Virus genome (UHGV): UHGV-0071286 | Reading direction: 5' to 3' (one strand) | Source of the DNA: a virus | DNA: 36,154 bases | Shown: positions 27,193 through 36,154 of the stretch, piece after piece | How positions within the stretch are numbered: the stretch's first letter is position 1 | Layout of the letters: each line of letters begins with the position of its first letter | Notes under the pieces: generated by a model | Told to the model about the DNA's origin: nothing | Seen by the model: the letters and a program-made list of their open reading frames with translations, nothing else | Databases searched by the model: none | Position numbers and translations under genes: made by a program

Positions 27193-27357
27193 AATAACCA
27201 AAGTGAACTTTGGGGTGTGGTGAAGGGTTCATGGACGGGAATATGTCGCACGTAAAGCGGCGAGGCCTGCGGGACTATTGCCGAATTGAAGTAGGCCGAA
27301 ACAGGTCGAAATGGGTCTCCCACCTACCACACCACCAAAGTTCATCAGGAGGTCTAT

Positions 27358-27741
27358 ATGACACGCAGAACTCAGTTCAAAGGCAATTCACGTTCTCGTC
27401 GTCGTGAGCGTTTAAAGGCAAAGGCATTAGCTAACGGCGTGCTGGCCCGCGAAGAAGCAATAAGTTCAGAAGTATTACACCGCCCTACTCTAAGCAGAGC
27501 GCAGATTCAGGCTAAAGGTACTCACGAAACGCCTGAGCGCATAGAAGACGCTAAGCCAATTAAGTTCATGGCACAGGACGTGATCTGGCAACAGAAAGAA
27601 TACAGACGCAATCTGGAGCGAGCGGCCATTGTGTACGCGAATGAGTTTGGACATAAGCAACCAGAAACTGGTGTATGTCTTCCAAACGTAGCCATTTACG
27701 CGGCAGGCTACCGGAAATCCAAACAACTGACGGCGAGGTGA
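27358..27741 (+). CDS. N: Antiterminator N (127 aa) of the P22/H-19B type with N-terminal Arg-rich motif
   Basis: MTRRTQFKGNSRSRRRERLKAKA… ARM and C-terminal …LPNVAIYAAGYRKSKQLTAR; SD AGGAGG 5 nt upstream. Confidence 0.8.
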   Translation: MTRRTQFKGNSRSRRRERLKAKALANGVLAREEAISSEVLHRPTLSRAQIQAKGTHETPERIEDAKPIKFMAQDVIWQQKEYRRNLERAAIVYANEFGHKQPETGVCLPNVAIYAAGYRKSKQLTAR

Positions 27742-27744
27742 TTG

Positions 27745-28458
27745 ATGACCACGCCTTCAGTTTTGCCGCAAAAATTATGGCGTCCGCTTGCAGAGATTAA
27801 AAACTTCGTTGAAAAAATGCCTGACGGCGTTCGCCTTACTGAGGTTACTAAAAAAGTTAAGACATTTGCCGAACTGTCAGGAAAGGAGAGAAACCAGCTC
27901 ATCGATTTTATCGATAAACGGGAAAGCATCATTGTATTTAAGGTCAGAAAAGAAGGTTCTGGTAACGGAGTAACCTTTTTACGCCACAAAAAATATGGAT
28001 ATCCCAAGCGGGAAGGAAACGTCACAATCATTAAGGACCTTCAATCAAAATTATGTACCAGATGCGGGCAGACAAAATCAGTCAATGATTTTTATTCAGA
28101 TGCCAGCAAGCGTGACGGGAGAGCCATTTATTGCAAGAAGTGCGAATCTGCAATGAAACGCTCACGCAGAGAATGCAACAAATTAATTCTGCAACAACAG
28201 GAACCTGAAGTGAATAACCTCAAAGCAGTTTCACCTTCACCAGAAATACTCAGAAAACAGGCTGAAGAATTGCTGAAAGCCGCCGAAATTGCGGAGAAAA
28301 AACGCCAGGAAGATGATGAATTCAACAAAAAACTTGCGCCCTTAAAACTTGAAATTCTTCAGGCCGCCGGAAAAATGCAGCTTAAACTGGACGAATTCAT
28401 CGACTGTATGGATGAAATGAATAAAGCAGTTCAGAAGCTTAAAGAGCTGACCGCCTGA
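27745..28458 (+). CDS. Hypothetical protein with Zn-ribbon and Lys/Glu-rich helical tail (237 aa)
   Basis: ATG at 27745 (track start 27742 is a TTG); CTRCGQTK…CKKCES motif; AT-rich. Confidence 0.5.
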   Translation: MTTPSVLPQKLWRPLAEIKNFVEKMPDGVRLTEVTKKVKTFAELSGKERNQLIDFIDKRESIIVFKVRKEGSGNGVTFLRHKKYGYPKREGNVTIIKDLQSKLCTRCGQTKSVNDFYSDASKRDGRAIYCKKCESAMKRSRRECNKLILQQQEPEVNNLKAVSPSPEILRKQAEELLKAAEIAEKKRQEDDEFNKKLAPLKLEILQAAGKMQLKLDEFIDCMDEMNKAVQKLKELTA

Positions 28459-28489
28459 TATTAATAAATTGCAACTACCGGAGTTAACT

Positions 28490-28849
28490 ATGAACGAAAC
28501 AGAACTGAAGCACATTATCGCCCTGCTTCTGGAAGATGCCAAACAGGTTTATCGACTTAGCCCAAATTCCGCAACGCTGACACGCATCCAGATGGCAGAA
28601 AAAGCACTGAAACAGGATAATGAAAACAGCGCATCTGAAGTTGATGCTAATGGTGAAAATGAAGTAATAGAAATAAACAGCAATATCAGCGACAGTTGCG
28701 TCGCTTACAGCCACCAAATAATTCGTGTAAGCGCAAGAATAATGGAATTGATGGCAAGTGAGCTTGAAAAGAACAACATCAAGCCCACTGATTGTTGTTT
28801 AAGAACCGTAATGAACGTTATTTATTACTCGATGTTCCGAAGTCGCTAA
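28490..28849 (+). CDS. Hypothetical protein (119 aa from MNETELKH)
   Basis: ATG at 28490 with SD GGAG 7 nt upstream (track start 28469 is a TTG); AT-rich. Confidence 0.45.
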   Translation: MNETELKHIIALLLEDAKQVYRLSPNSATLTRIQMAEKALKQDNENSASEVDANGENEVIEINSNISDSCVAYSHQIIRVSARIMELMASELEKNNIKPTDCCLRTVMNVIYYSMFRSR

Positions 28850-29027
28850 CAGCGTCGAGTTTTTCATCAAAAAATGATTCAAATACATCGTAAAATACGG
28901 CAATAGCACCGCCCTTATCTACCGCGGCAGGAACTGCCTTTTGAGGTATATCTTTCTCCCTGAATTGTGTGTTGTAGGTATCGACAGCCAGCCGCATCAG
29001 AAACATCACTTTTTCTTCTTGTGTCAT
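28818..29027 (-). CDS. Oppositely oriented small protein (69 aa) embedded in the PL operon
   Basis: ATG at 29027 with strong SD AAGGAGA 9 nt upstream; convergent overlap with the 119-aa gene; the plus strand has no credible ORF here. Confidence 0.4.
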   Translation of the reverse strand: MTQEEKVMFLMRLAVDTYNTQFREKDIPQKAVPAAVDKGGAIAVFYDVFESFFDEKLDAVSDFGTSSNK

Positions 29028-29483
29028 AAATTCACTCTCCTTACGGGGTTTGTAGTTGAGGAGTTCTCCACGGGTGAGGTGGAGATCGTGCGCCGGACAC
29101 GGGTGAGTTCCTGCACTCTCAGTTTACTGAACAGACATTACCCTGAAAGCCAGGGTACTACACGAAAGCGCGAGGCGAAGACTCTTTCCCATAGAAGGAT
29201 TGTCGTTAGATTTCTTCGACCGTGCGCTTCCGGTTGTGAATAACAACATTGCTGTGTGTAACCCTTGGCGGATATCGGTTTGCCGATTGCTGATGTCCGC
29301 CCTTTTTAAAGTGAATTTTGTGATGCGGTGAATGCGGCTATGCGCACGCGGAACAGTTAAACCGACAGGATGTCACGGAAAGTCATCGTCCCCTGACCCG
29401 GCGTTAGTTGTTAACTGGTTAACGTCACCTGGAGGCACCAGGCACCGCATCAACAAAGTTCATTTGTGAAAATGGAGATAATT

Positions 29484-29705
29484 ATGATTGCTCATCACTT
29501 CGGAACTGATGAAATACCACGTCAGTGCGTGACGCCTGGCGATTATGTTCTTCATGAAGGTCGGACATATATCGCTTCAGCAAACAATATTGAAAAGAGA
29601 AAACTCTATATTCGTAACTTCACAACAAAAACATGCATTACCGACTGCATGATTAAAGTTTTCATCGGGCGCGATGGCTTACCCGTAAAAGCAGCGTCGT
29701 TGTGA
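29484..29705 (+). CDS. Hypothetical small protein (73 aa from MIAHHFG)
   Basis: ATG at 29484 with SD GGAG 7 nt upstream (track start 29466 is a GTG). Confidence 0.35.
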   Translation: MIAHHFGTDEIPRQCVTPGDYVLHEGRTYIASANNIEKRKLYIRNFTTKTCITDCMIKVFIGRDGLPVKAASL

Positions 29706-29788
29706 CGAGTAATAAAATACACCTTCCATATCTGTAACAGACAAGCCGAAATAAAACCGCATTAATTATCAATCACGGAAAAATCAAA

Positions 29789-30175
29789 ATGAAAGAACTT
29801 GCGCAAAATGAAATATTTTCCGAAACCAGTCCTGATGCAATAAATGAACTCAAAGAAATTGCAGAACGCATCAGTAAAATATGCAAAGAATACAAAATCG
29901 ACTTTGTATTTTCTTTTTCAGTGCTTACAGAAGTTGGAAATAACGAATATAAGGACAGTCGTTTTGTTTTATGTGGGTTAAATGGCAAAACACCAAGCCC
30001 ATATATTCATGCTGCACGTGAAGTCGTCAGAAGCAACATTGGAGTACAACAAATCCATACACTGGCGCAGGCTCTTGAGTTTGCAAGAGAAAATTCCGAG
30101 TGCGACTGCCCTGAATGCCAGCACGAAAAGGGAAAAACAACTCACAAAACAGCAAACCAGGCAACCTTCCACTGA
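29789..30175 (+). CDS. Hypothetical protein (128 aa) with C-terminal CxC…CPEC cluster
   Basis: ORF track; AT-rich; followed by a hairpin at 30183-30206. Confidence 0.45.
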   Translation: MKELAQNEIFSETSPDAINELKEIAERISKICKEYKIDFVFSFSVLTEVGNNEYKDSRFVLCGLNGKTPSPYIHAAREVVRSNIGVQQIHTLAQALEFARENSECDCPECQHEKGKTTHKTANQATFH

Positions 30176-30282
30176 AATAAAAATCCGGCAGCGCAGGCTA
30201 CCGGATTTCTCCCTGCGTCACCGTATTCGGAGAAATCAGACAAAGGGCCGCTAATTCTAATCCAGCCAGAGGTTTAAATACA

Positions 30283-32355
30283 ATGAGCGCTGATAAACAG
30301 ACTTTTGCACTACACTGCGAAGCAAAAAACGATAAAGTCAGAAAACGCCTTGGCATCAAAGGCGGTTTTTTCTGGACCGAGGCCAGAAAACTTTCTGTCG
30401 CAGTTTCCCGCTGCATTGCAGCCATGGACGATGCAGGCTACGACGAGGATGATTTCAAAAAACCCGTTCGCGTAAATTTCCCCGTCGTGAATGACCTTCC
30501 ACCGGAAGGCGTGTTTGATACTGAATTCTGCAACCGCTATGAAAAAGGCGGTAACGATGGCATCACCATGATGGCTATCCCCTTCGATGACAACATCAAC
30601 GGTGAAGATGCCACAACTGCTGGCGATGACAACGATAACCTGGACGGAACTATTCCGGATGATGTGGAGAAAAGCGAATCCCCGGACAGCGACGATGACT
30701 GTTCTGAGTGTGAAATTCCCGTCGCCACTCTGAGCCTTACTCATCGCTTCCTTCACCTCTTCTTATTCAGCAAAGATGAAGATGGAAAATACCGGCATCA
30801 TGCCACACCAGAACAACGCAATAACGTGATCCGTATGGAGATGGACACAGAGGACAGTTACCTTCAGAGCCTGCTTACTGCTGTGCGCGCCGCGCATCAT
30901 GAACTGGATAAACTGACGAACTATCACCTTAGTCGCCTGGCTGAATCTGTAGGGAAAGCATTCCCCCACTCTGCAAATCATCGCATCAGCCCGGCTGAAT
31001 TCGACAAGTTCATTTCCACCTGGATGAAAACTGACTACCTTGATCAGGGCCTGCTGACAAAAGAATGGCAGAACGGAAATTATGTTTCAGGCATTACCCG
31101 TACGCCTTCCGGTGCTAACGCTGGCGGCGGAAATATTACCGATCGTGGTGAAGGATTCAAACATGATAAGACATCACTCGCACGAGATGTAGCCACCGGC
31201 GTTCTGGCCCGTTCAATGGATGTGGATATTTATAACCTGCACCCAGCACACGCAAAACGCGTTGAAGAAATCGTGTCAGAGAATAAGCCGCCCTTTTCTG
31301 TTTTTCGCGACAAATTTATCGCCATGCCCGGTGGGCTGGATTATTCCCGCGCCATTGTGGTGGCTTCCGTGAAAGAAGCACCAATCGGCATTGAGGCCAT
31401 CCCGGCACGCGTGACTGAATATCTCAACAAAGTGTTGACCGAAACCGATCACGCTAACCCGGATCCGGAAATCGTGGAAATTGCCTGCGGTCGCTCATCA
31501 GCACCGATGCCGCAGCGCGGAACAGCAGAAGGAAAACATGGCGATGAAGAAAAGCAACAAGCATCGGACACAATGGCTAATGAACAGGCAGCGCCTGAAT
31601 CAGTGGAAGAAATTCCAGTTAAACATAATGAGGACACGCAATCACTGGAAAATGTCTCATCTGTAGAAACGAAATACCAGGAACTGAGGGAGGAACTCAA
31701 TAAAGCCAGGGAAAACATCCCCCCAAAAAATCCAGTCGATGCCGACAAATTACTGGCTGCCTCGCGTGGAGAATTCGTTGAAGGCATCAGTAACCCTGCT
31801 GATCCGAAGTGGGTGAAGGGGATCCAGACTCGCGACACTGAGGACCAGAATCAGTCCAAAGTGGAACAAATTGCCCCAGAAGCGGGACAAAACAGCCCGG
31901 ATACGCAACAAAACGGGTCAGAAGAGCAACAGCCAGGGCCAGTAGCGCAACCGGAGCTGGAAAAAAACTGCCGCGTCTGTGGTCAGACTGGCGGGGGTAA
32001 CTGCCCTGACTGTAGTGCGGTAATGGGCGATAGCACTTACACAGAAACTTTTGGAGAAAATGACGCCGCTGATGGAGAAGACTCAGCACAAACTGAGGAG
32101 AAGATCATTCAGGAAAACTCTGTTGATGCCGCTCAGGAGGGCGAAACCGTTGTTCAGAACGAGCCAGGCAGTGATACGTCCGGCGATGACGCCAATTCTG
32201 AGCCAGTAACTCTCGACTGGAAAAGACAGCTCGTGATTGCCGCCGTCTATGGTTTGTGCGCCAACCCCGCATGTATAGCCACAGCGCCAGCAATCCCTGA
32301 TATCGCCATCATGATTGCCAACAGGCTTGAAAATTTCGGAGGTGATAAATCATGA
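30283..32355 (+). CDS. Large acidic hypothetical protein (690 aa) with C-terminal CxxC…CxxC ribbon and hydrophobic tail, translationally coupled to gam
   Basis: ATG at 30283; stop overlaps the gam start (ATGA at 32352-32355); long Asp/Glu/Gln-rich low-complexity tracts; [16 protein letters not shown]; terminal [29 protein letters not shown]. Confidence 0.6.
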   Translation: MSADKQTFALHCEAKNDKVRKRLGIKGGFFWTEARKLSVAVSRCIAAMDDAGYDEDDFKKPVRVNFPVVNDLPPEGVFDTEFCNRYEKGGNDGITMMAIPFDDNINGEDATTAGDDNDNLDGTIPDDVEKSESPDSDDDCSECEIPVATLSLTHRFLHLFLFSKDEDGKYRHHATPEQRNNVIRMEMDTEDSYLQSLLTAVRAAHHELDKLTNYHLSRLAESVGKAFPHSANHRISPAEFDKFISTWMKTDYLDQGLLTKEWQNGNYVSGITRTPSGANAGGGNITDRGEGFKHDKTSLARDVATGVLARSMDVDIYNLHPAHAKRVEEIVSENKPPFSVFRDKFIAMPGGLDYSRAIVVASVKEAPIGIEAIPARVTEYLNKVLTETDHANPDPEIVEIACGRSSAPMPQRGTAEGKHGDEEKQQASDTMANEQAAPESVEEIPVKHNEDTQSLENVSSVETKYQELREELNKARENIPPKNPVDADKLLAASRGEFVEGISNPADPKWVKGIQTRDTEDQNQSKVEQIAPEAGQNSPDTQQNGSEEQQPGPVAQPELEKNCRVCGQTGGGNCPDCSAVMGDSTYTETFGENDAADGEDSAQTEEKIIQENSVDAAQEGETVVQNEPGSDTSGDDANSEPVTLDWKRQLVIAAVYGLCANPACIATAPAIPDIAIMIANRLENFGGDKS

Positions 32356-32648
32356 ATGCCTGGCTTATCCCCGATCGCATTGAAGAGCAGTCATGGGCAC
32401 GACACTACCAGCAAATTGCCCGTGAAGAAACTGAAGCTGAGCTGGCAGACGACCTGGAAAAAGGTCTGCCCCAACACCTGTTTGAATCGCTATGCATCGA
32501 TAATCTGCAACGTCACGGGGCCAGCAAAAAAGCTATTTCCCGTGCATTTGATGACGATGTCGATTTTCAGGAACGCATGGCAGAACACATCCGCTACATG
32601 GCTGAAACCATCGCCCGTCACCAAATTAATATTGATTCAGAGGTATAA
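32352..32648 (+). CDS. gam: Gam (RecBCD inhibitor), short form, 98 aa
   Basis: …[19 protein letters not shown]…[21 protein letters not shown]… matches lambda Gam; SD GGAGGTGA. Confidence 0.9.
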   Translation: MNAWLIPDRIEEQSWARHYQQIAREETEAELADDLEKGLPQHLFESLCIDNLQRHGASKKAISRAFDDDVDFQERMAEHIRYMAETIARHQINIDSEV

Positions 32649-32653
32649 AACGG

Positions 32654-33439
32654 ATGAGTACAGCACTCGCAACGCTGGCAGGGAAGCTGGCTGAACGTGT
32701 CGGCATGGATTCTGTCGACCCACAGGAACTAATCACCACTCTTCGCCAGACGGCATTTAAAGGTGATGCCAGCGATGCGCAATTTATCGCATTGTTGATC
32801 GTCGCCAACCAGTACGGCCTTAATCCCTGGACGAAAGAAATTTACGCCTTCCCTGACAAGCAGAACGGCATCGTTCCGGTGGTTGGCGTTGATGGCTGGT
32901 CCCGCATTATCAATGAAAACCAGCAGTTTGATGGCATGGACTTTGAGCAGGACAATGAGTCCTGTACATGCCGGATTTACCGCAAAGATCGCAATCACCC
33001 GATCTGCGTTACCGAGTGGATGGATGAATGTCGCCGCGCACCATTCAAAACCCGCGAAGGCAGAGAAATCACCGGACCGTGGCAGTCGCATCCCAAACGG
33101 ATGTTACGGCACAAAGCCATGATTCAGTGTGCTCGCCTGGCCTTCGGATTTGCTGGCATCTATGACAAGGATGAAGCCGAGCGTATTGTCGAAAATACTG
33201 CATATACTACAGAACGTCAGCCGGAACGCGACATCACCCCGGTTAACGAAGAAACCATGTCGGAAATTAACGCCCTTCTTACTTCCATGGAAAAAACGTG
33301 GGATGACGACCTGTTGCCGCTCTGTTCCCAGATTTTTCGCCGCAACATTTACACATCTTCAGAACTAACACAGGCTGAAGCTGTGAAGGTTCTTGGATTC
33401 CTGAAACAGAAAGTCACAGAGCAGAAGGTAGCAGCATGA
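32654..33439 (+). CDS. bet: Bet (Red-beta single-strand annealing protein), 261 aa
   Basis: Near-identical to lambda Bet as recalled ([37 protein letters not shown]…). Confidence 0.95.
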   Translation: MSTALATLAGKLAERVGMDSVDPQELITTLRQTAFKGDASDAQFIALLIVANQYGLNPWTKEIYAFPDKQNGIVPVVGVDGWSRIINENQQFDGMDFEQDNESCTCRIYRKDRNHPICVTEWMDECRRAPFKTREGREITGPWQSHPKRMLRHKAMIQCARLAFGFAGIYDKDEAERIVENTAYTTERQPERDITPVNEETMSEINALLTSMEKTWDDDLLPLCSQIFRRNIYTSSELTQAEAVKVLGFLKQKVTEQKVAA

Positions 33440-34116
33440 CACCGGACATTATCCTGCAACGTACAGGGATCGACGTGAGAGCTGTCGAACAGGGGGATGA
33501 TGCGTGGCACAAATTACGGCTCGGCGTCATCACCGCTTCAGAAGTTCACAACGTGATAGCAAAACCCCGCTCAGGAAAGAAATGGCCTGACATGAAAATG
33601 TCCTACTTCCACACCCTGCTGGCTGAGGTTTGCACCGGTGTGGCTCCGGAAGTTAACGCTAAAGCGCTGGCCTGGGGAACACAGTACGAGAACGACGCCA
33701 GAGCCCTCTTTGAGTTCACTTCCGGCGTGAATGTTACTGAATCCCCGATCATCTATCGCGACGAAAGTATGCGCACCGCCTGCTCTCCCGATGGTTTATG
33801 CAGTGACGGCAACGGCCTTGAGCTGAAATGCCCGTTTACCTCCCGGGATTTCATGAAGTTCCGGCTCGGTGGTTTCGAGGCCATAAAGTCGGCTTACATG
33901 GCCCAGGTGCAGTACAGCATGTGGGTGACACGAAAAGATGCCTGGTACTTTGCCAACTATGACCCACGAATGAAGCGTGAAGGCCTGCATTATGTCGTGG
34001 TTGAGCGGGATGAAAATTACATGGCGAGTTTTGACGAGATGGTGCCGGAGTTCATCGAAAAAATGGACGAGGCACTGGCTGAAATTGGTTTTGTATTTGG
34101 GGAGCAATGGCGATAG
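33436..34116 (+). CDS. exo: Exo (Red-alpha 5'-3' exonuclease), 226 aa
   Basis: Near-identical to lambda Exo as recalled ([65 protein letters not shown]…); ATGA overlap with bet. Confidence 0.95.
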   Translation: MTPDIILQRTGIDVRAVEQGDDAWHKLRLGVITASEVHNVIAKPRSGKKWPDMKMSYFHTLLAEVCTGVAPEVNAKALAWGTQYENDARALFEFTSGVNVTESPIIYRDESMRTACSPDGLCSDGNGLELKCPFTSRDFMKFRLGGFEAIKSAYMAQVQYSMWVTRKDAWYFANYDPRMKREGLHYVVVERDENYMASFDEMVPEFIEKMDEALAEIGFVFGEQWR

Positions 34117-34154
34117 CCGTAGCAACGAGGTGCAAATGATATGACAGTTAAGGA

Positions 34155-34415
34155 ATGCTACCTGTGTTCGTTCTGATCCAGCGCGGGCAGTCCTTCGTCG
34201 ACGCCAACAACTATCCGGTTCAAGTCTGCAAGGTAACGCTGACACAGGTGATCTTCCGAAGGCTGGATGGGAGAACCAGAGCCGCATCAATTAACTCATT
34301 TAATGCAGAATTTGAGCGAATCGATCACAACGAACTACATATGATTAAAGCGGAAATTGAGAAGGAAAAGCATATTGCCAGCCTTCGAAAAATGCGCCGC
34401 ATATCAATCAACTGA
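34155..34415 (+). CDS. Hypothetical small protein (86 aa) between exo and xis
   Basis: ORF track; followed directly by a terminator. Confidence 0.4.
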   Translation: MLPVFVLIQRGQSFVDANNYPVQVCKVTLTQVIFRRLDGRTRAASINSFNAEFERIDHNELHMIKAEIEKEKHIASLRKMRRISIN

Positions 34416-34416
34416 C

Positions 34417-34438
34417 AACCGCCTTCGGGCGGTTTTTA
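34417..34438 (+). terminator. Rho-independent terminator upstream of xis-int
   Basis: Hairpin ACCGCC-TTCG-GGCGGT (34418-34433) followed by TTTTTAAT. Confidence 0.5.
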
Positions 34439-34449
34439 ATGGCGAAAAT

Positions 34450-34821
34450 ATGGATTCACACAGTATCACCCTCAAAGAGGCCTGTAAGTTTCTCAAGATA
34501 TCAAGGCCAACAGCTGTTAACTGGATACGAACGGGCCGACTACAGGCAACCCGAAAAAATTCTTCCGGTAAAAGATCACCTTATCTCACAACCCGGCAAG
34601 CCTGCATTGCAGCACTTCATTCACCGCTGCATACTGTCCAGGTGAGCGCGGGTGATGGCATAACAGAGGAAAGAAAATGTCACTCTTCCGCAGAGGTGAA
34701 ATATGGTACGCCTCGTACTCGCTCCCGGGCGGGAAGCGAATTAAGGAGTCTCTTGGCACAAAGGACAAGCGGCAAGCTCAGGAGTTGCACGACAAGCGAA
34801 AAGCAGAACTCTGGCGAGTAG
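34450..34821 (+). CDS. xis: Excisionase (AlpA/MerR-type HTH), from [11 protein letters not shown]
   Basis: [28 protein letters not shown] is a typical excisionase HTH; the frame stays open 145 nt into int, so the true C-terminus is uncertain. Confidence 0.55.
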   Translation: MDSHSITLKEACKFLKISRPTAVNWIRTGRLQATRKNSSGKRSPYLTTRQACIAALHSPLHTVQVSAGDGITEERKCHSSAEVKYGTPRTRSRAGSELRSLLAQRTSGKLRSCTTSEKQNSGE

Positions 34822-35840
34822 ACAGACTGGGGGATATGCCAGATGTCACTTTCGAAGAAGCCTGCCTGAGATGGCTTGAGGAAAAAGCCGACAAGAAATC
34901 CATCGATTCCGATAAATCCAGAATCGCATTCTGGATTGAGCATTTCGAGGGAATAAGGATTAAGGATATATCGGAGGCAATGATCTACTCAGTTATCAGC
35001 AAAGCGTATAACCGAAAAACAAAGGAGAGATGGAAGTTGCAGGTGGAGGCTGCATTAAGAAAAGGGAAAGAACCACCAGCCTATATACCTAAATCGGTGA
35101 GCACGCAAACAAAAGCAACACACCTGGCAATGATCAAGGCTATTCTGCGCGCCGCAGAGCGAGACTGGAAATGGCTTGAAAAAGCACCTGTAATCAAAAT
35201 ACCTGCCGTAAAAAACAAACGCGTGAGATGGCTGGAAAAAGAAGAAGCCAGGAGACTCATTGATGCATGTTCTGATCCCCTGAAATCTGTAGTTAAATTT
35301 GCACTGGCAACTGGCCTGAGGAGATCAAACATTATTAATCTGGAGTGGCAACAAATCGATATGCAGCGACGTGTTGCCTGGGTAAACCCTGAAGACAGTA
35401 AGTCAAACCGCGCTATTGGGGTCGCACTGAATGACACTGCCTGCAAGGTGTTGCGTGATCAAATAGGCAAACATCACCGCTGGGTGTTTGTTTATACCAC
35501 TGCTGCCAGAAGGCCTGACGGGACAATGACACCAAGCATCAGAAAGATGCGCCTGGACTATAACACATCGTGGTTAACAGCATGTCGTCGGGCAGGAATT
35601 GAAAATTTCCGTTTTCATGACCTCCGCCATACCTGGGCCAGTTGGTTAATTCAGTCAGGTGTACCACTGTCAGTACTTCAGGAAATGGGCGGCTGGGAGT
35701 CTATCGAAATGGTGCGTAGGTACGCACACCTTGCACCTAATCATTTGACAGAGCACGCGAGGAAAATTGACGACATATTGGGTGACGATGTCCCAAATTT
35801 GTCCCACCATGAGGTTTTTGAGGATGCAAAGAAAGCATAA
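34677..35840 (+). CDS. int: Tyrosine site-specific integrase (387 aa)
   Basis: N-terminus [34 protein letters not shown] typical of P4/Rac-type integrases; catalytic region with R…HDLRHTWAS…Y; SD GAGGAAA. Confidence 0.9.
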   Translation: MSLFRRGEIWYASYSLPGGKRIKESLGTKDKRQAQELHDKRKAELWRVDRLGDMPDVTFEEACLRWLEEKADKKSIDSDKSRIAFWIEHFEGIRIKDISEAMIYSVISKAYNRKTKERWKLQVEAALRKGKEPPAYIPKSVSTQTKATHLAMIKAILRAAERDWKWLEKAPVIKIPAVKNKRVRWLEKEEARRLIDACSDPLKSVVKFALATGLRRSNIINLEWQQIDMQRRVAWVNPEDSKSNRAIGVALNDTACKVLRDQIGKHHRWVFVYTTAARRPDGTMTPSIRKMRLDYNTSWLTACRRAGIENFRFHDLRHTWASWLIQSGVPLSVLQEMGGWESIEMVRRYAHLAPNHLTEHARKIDDILGDDVPNLSHHEVFEDAKKA

Positions 35841-35877
35841 GTAATTGAATTAGAATGAGTTAAGCTCACGCTTTCAA

Positions 35878-36127
35878 GTGGTGAGCAACAACTTTAAAGA
35901 TCTTGGCCCGGAAGTCAGTTTCCGCCGTATTTATGAATACGCTGGCGGCGACTGGCAGGAAGATAATGGCGTCTGGCACCAGAACGTGTTCGCTTATTAT
36001 CTCTCCATCTCCTGTAACCATTGCGATGACCCCGCATGTACAAAAGTCTGCCCCAGCGGCGCAATGCATAAGCGTGAAGATGGCTTTGTGGTGGTTGATG
36101 AAGATGTTTGTATCGGCTGGCGCCCCT
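35878..36127 (+). pseudogene. ynfG: 5'-truncated ynfG-like (DMSO-reductase-type 4Fe-4S ferredoxin subunit) host gene fragment
   Basis: Translation [75 protein letters not shown] matches YnfG/DmsB internal sequence (recall); the ORF starts with a GTG and the frame departs from the ferredoxin pattern after 36127. Confidence 0.55.
35880..35900. other. Approximate prophage-host attachment junction
   Basis: About 40-60 nt after the int stop the sequence becomes the coding sequence of a ynfG-like ferredoxin (from …[12 protein letters not shown]) whose normal N-terminal Cys cluster is missing. Confidence 0.4.
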
Positions 36128-36154
36128 TCCCCCACGGGTTTTCTCGTTAGGTTT

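Noticed and set aside
35866-36135. Minus-strand 89-aa ORF
   Set aside because: Antisense to the ynfG-like ferredoxin fragment, whose frame is clearly the real one.

Overview
The window is almost entirely one lambdoid prophage (about 35.9 kb of it), lying with its early-left arm on the + strand at the right and its late/structural genes on the - strand at the left. It is a mosaic with no stx genes. Reading right to left: a 5'-truncated host ynfG-like ferredoxin fragment marks the integration junction (about 35880-35900); then a tyrosine integrase and AlpA-type excisionase; lambda Red genes (exo, bet, gam); a 690-aa acidic protein; an AT-rich accessory block; a P22/H-19B-type N with matching boxB sites; a lambda-type immunity region (OL/PL, cI, OR, cro) in which a KilA-N-domain gene replaces rexAB; a cII-like gene; a DnaC-type replication module with iteron-like repeats; a nin region (NinB, NinE, RusA, NinH) interrupted by an oppositely oriented toxin-antitoxin plus DUF4145-like cassette; a putative Q with PR'/tR'; a non-coding interval with three tandem sRNA-like units; the NanS-p esterase moron; a phage-21-style lysis cassette (dual-start holin, SAR endolysin, Rz/Rz1); terminase small and large subunits, portal, scaffold and coat; a short morphogenesis block; and a collagen-like tail fibre that runs off the left edge. 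The best candidates for an undescribed or little-characterised system are the inverted TA + Zn-ribbon/DUF4145 cassette in the nin region, the KilA-N (BstA-like) gene at the rex position, the 690-aa protein and AT-rich block in the PL operon, and the tandem sRNA-like units downstream of PR'. All calls rest on reading the sequence and on recalled protein families; no database search was run.
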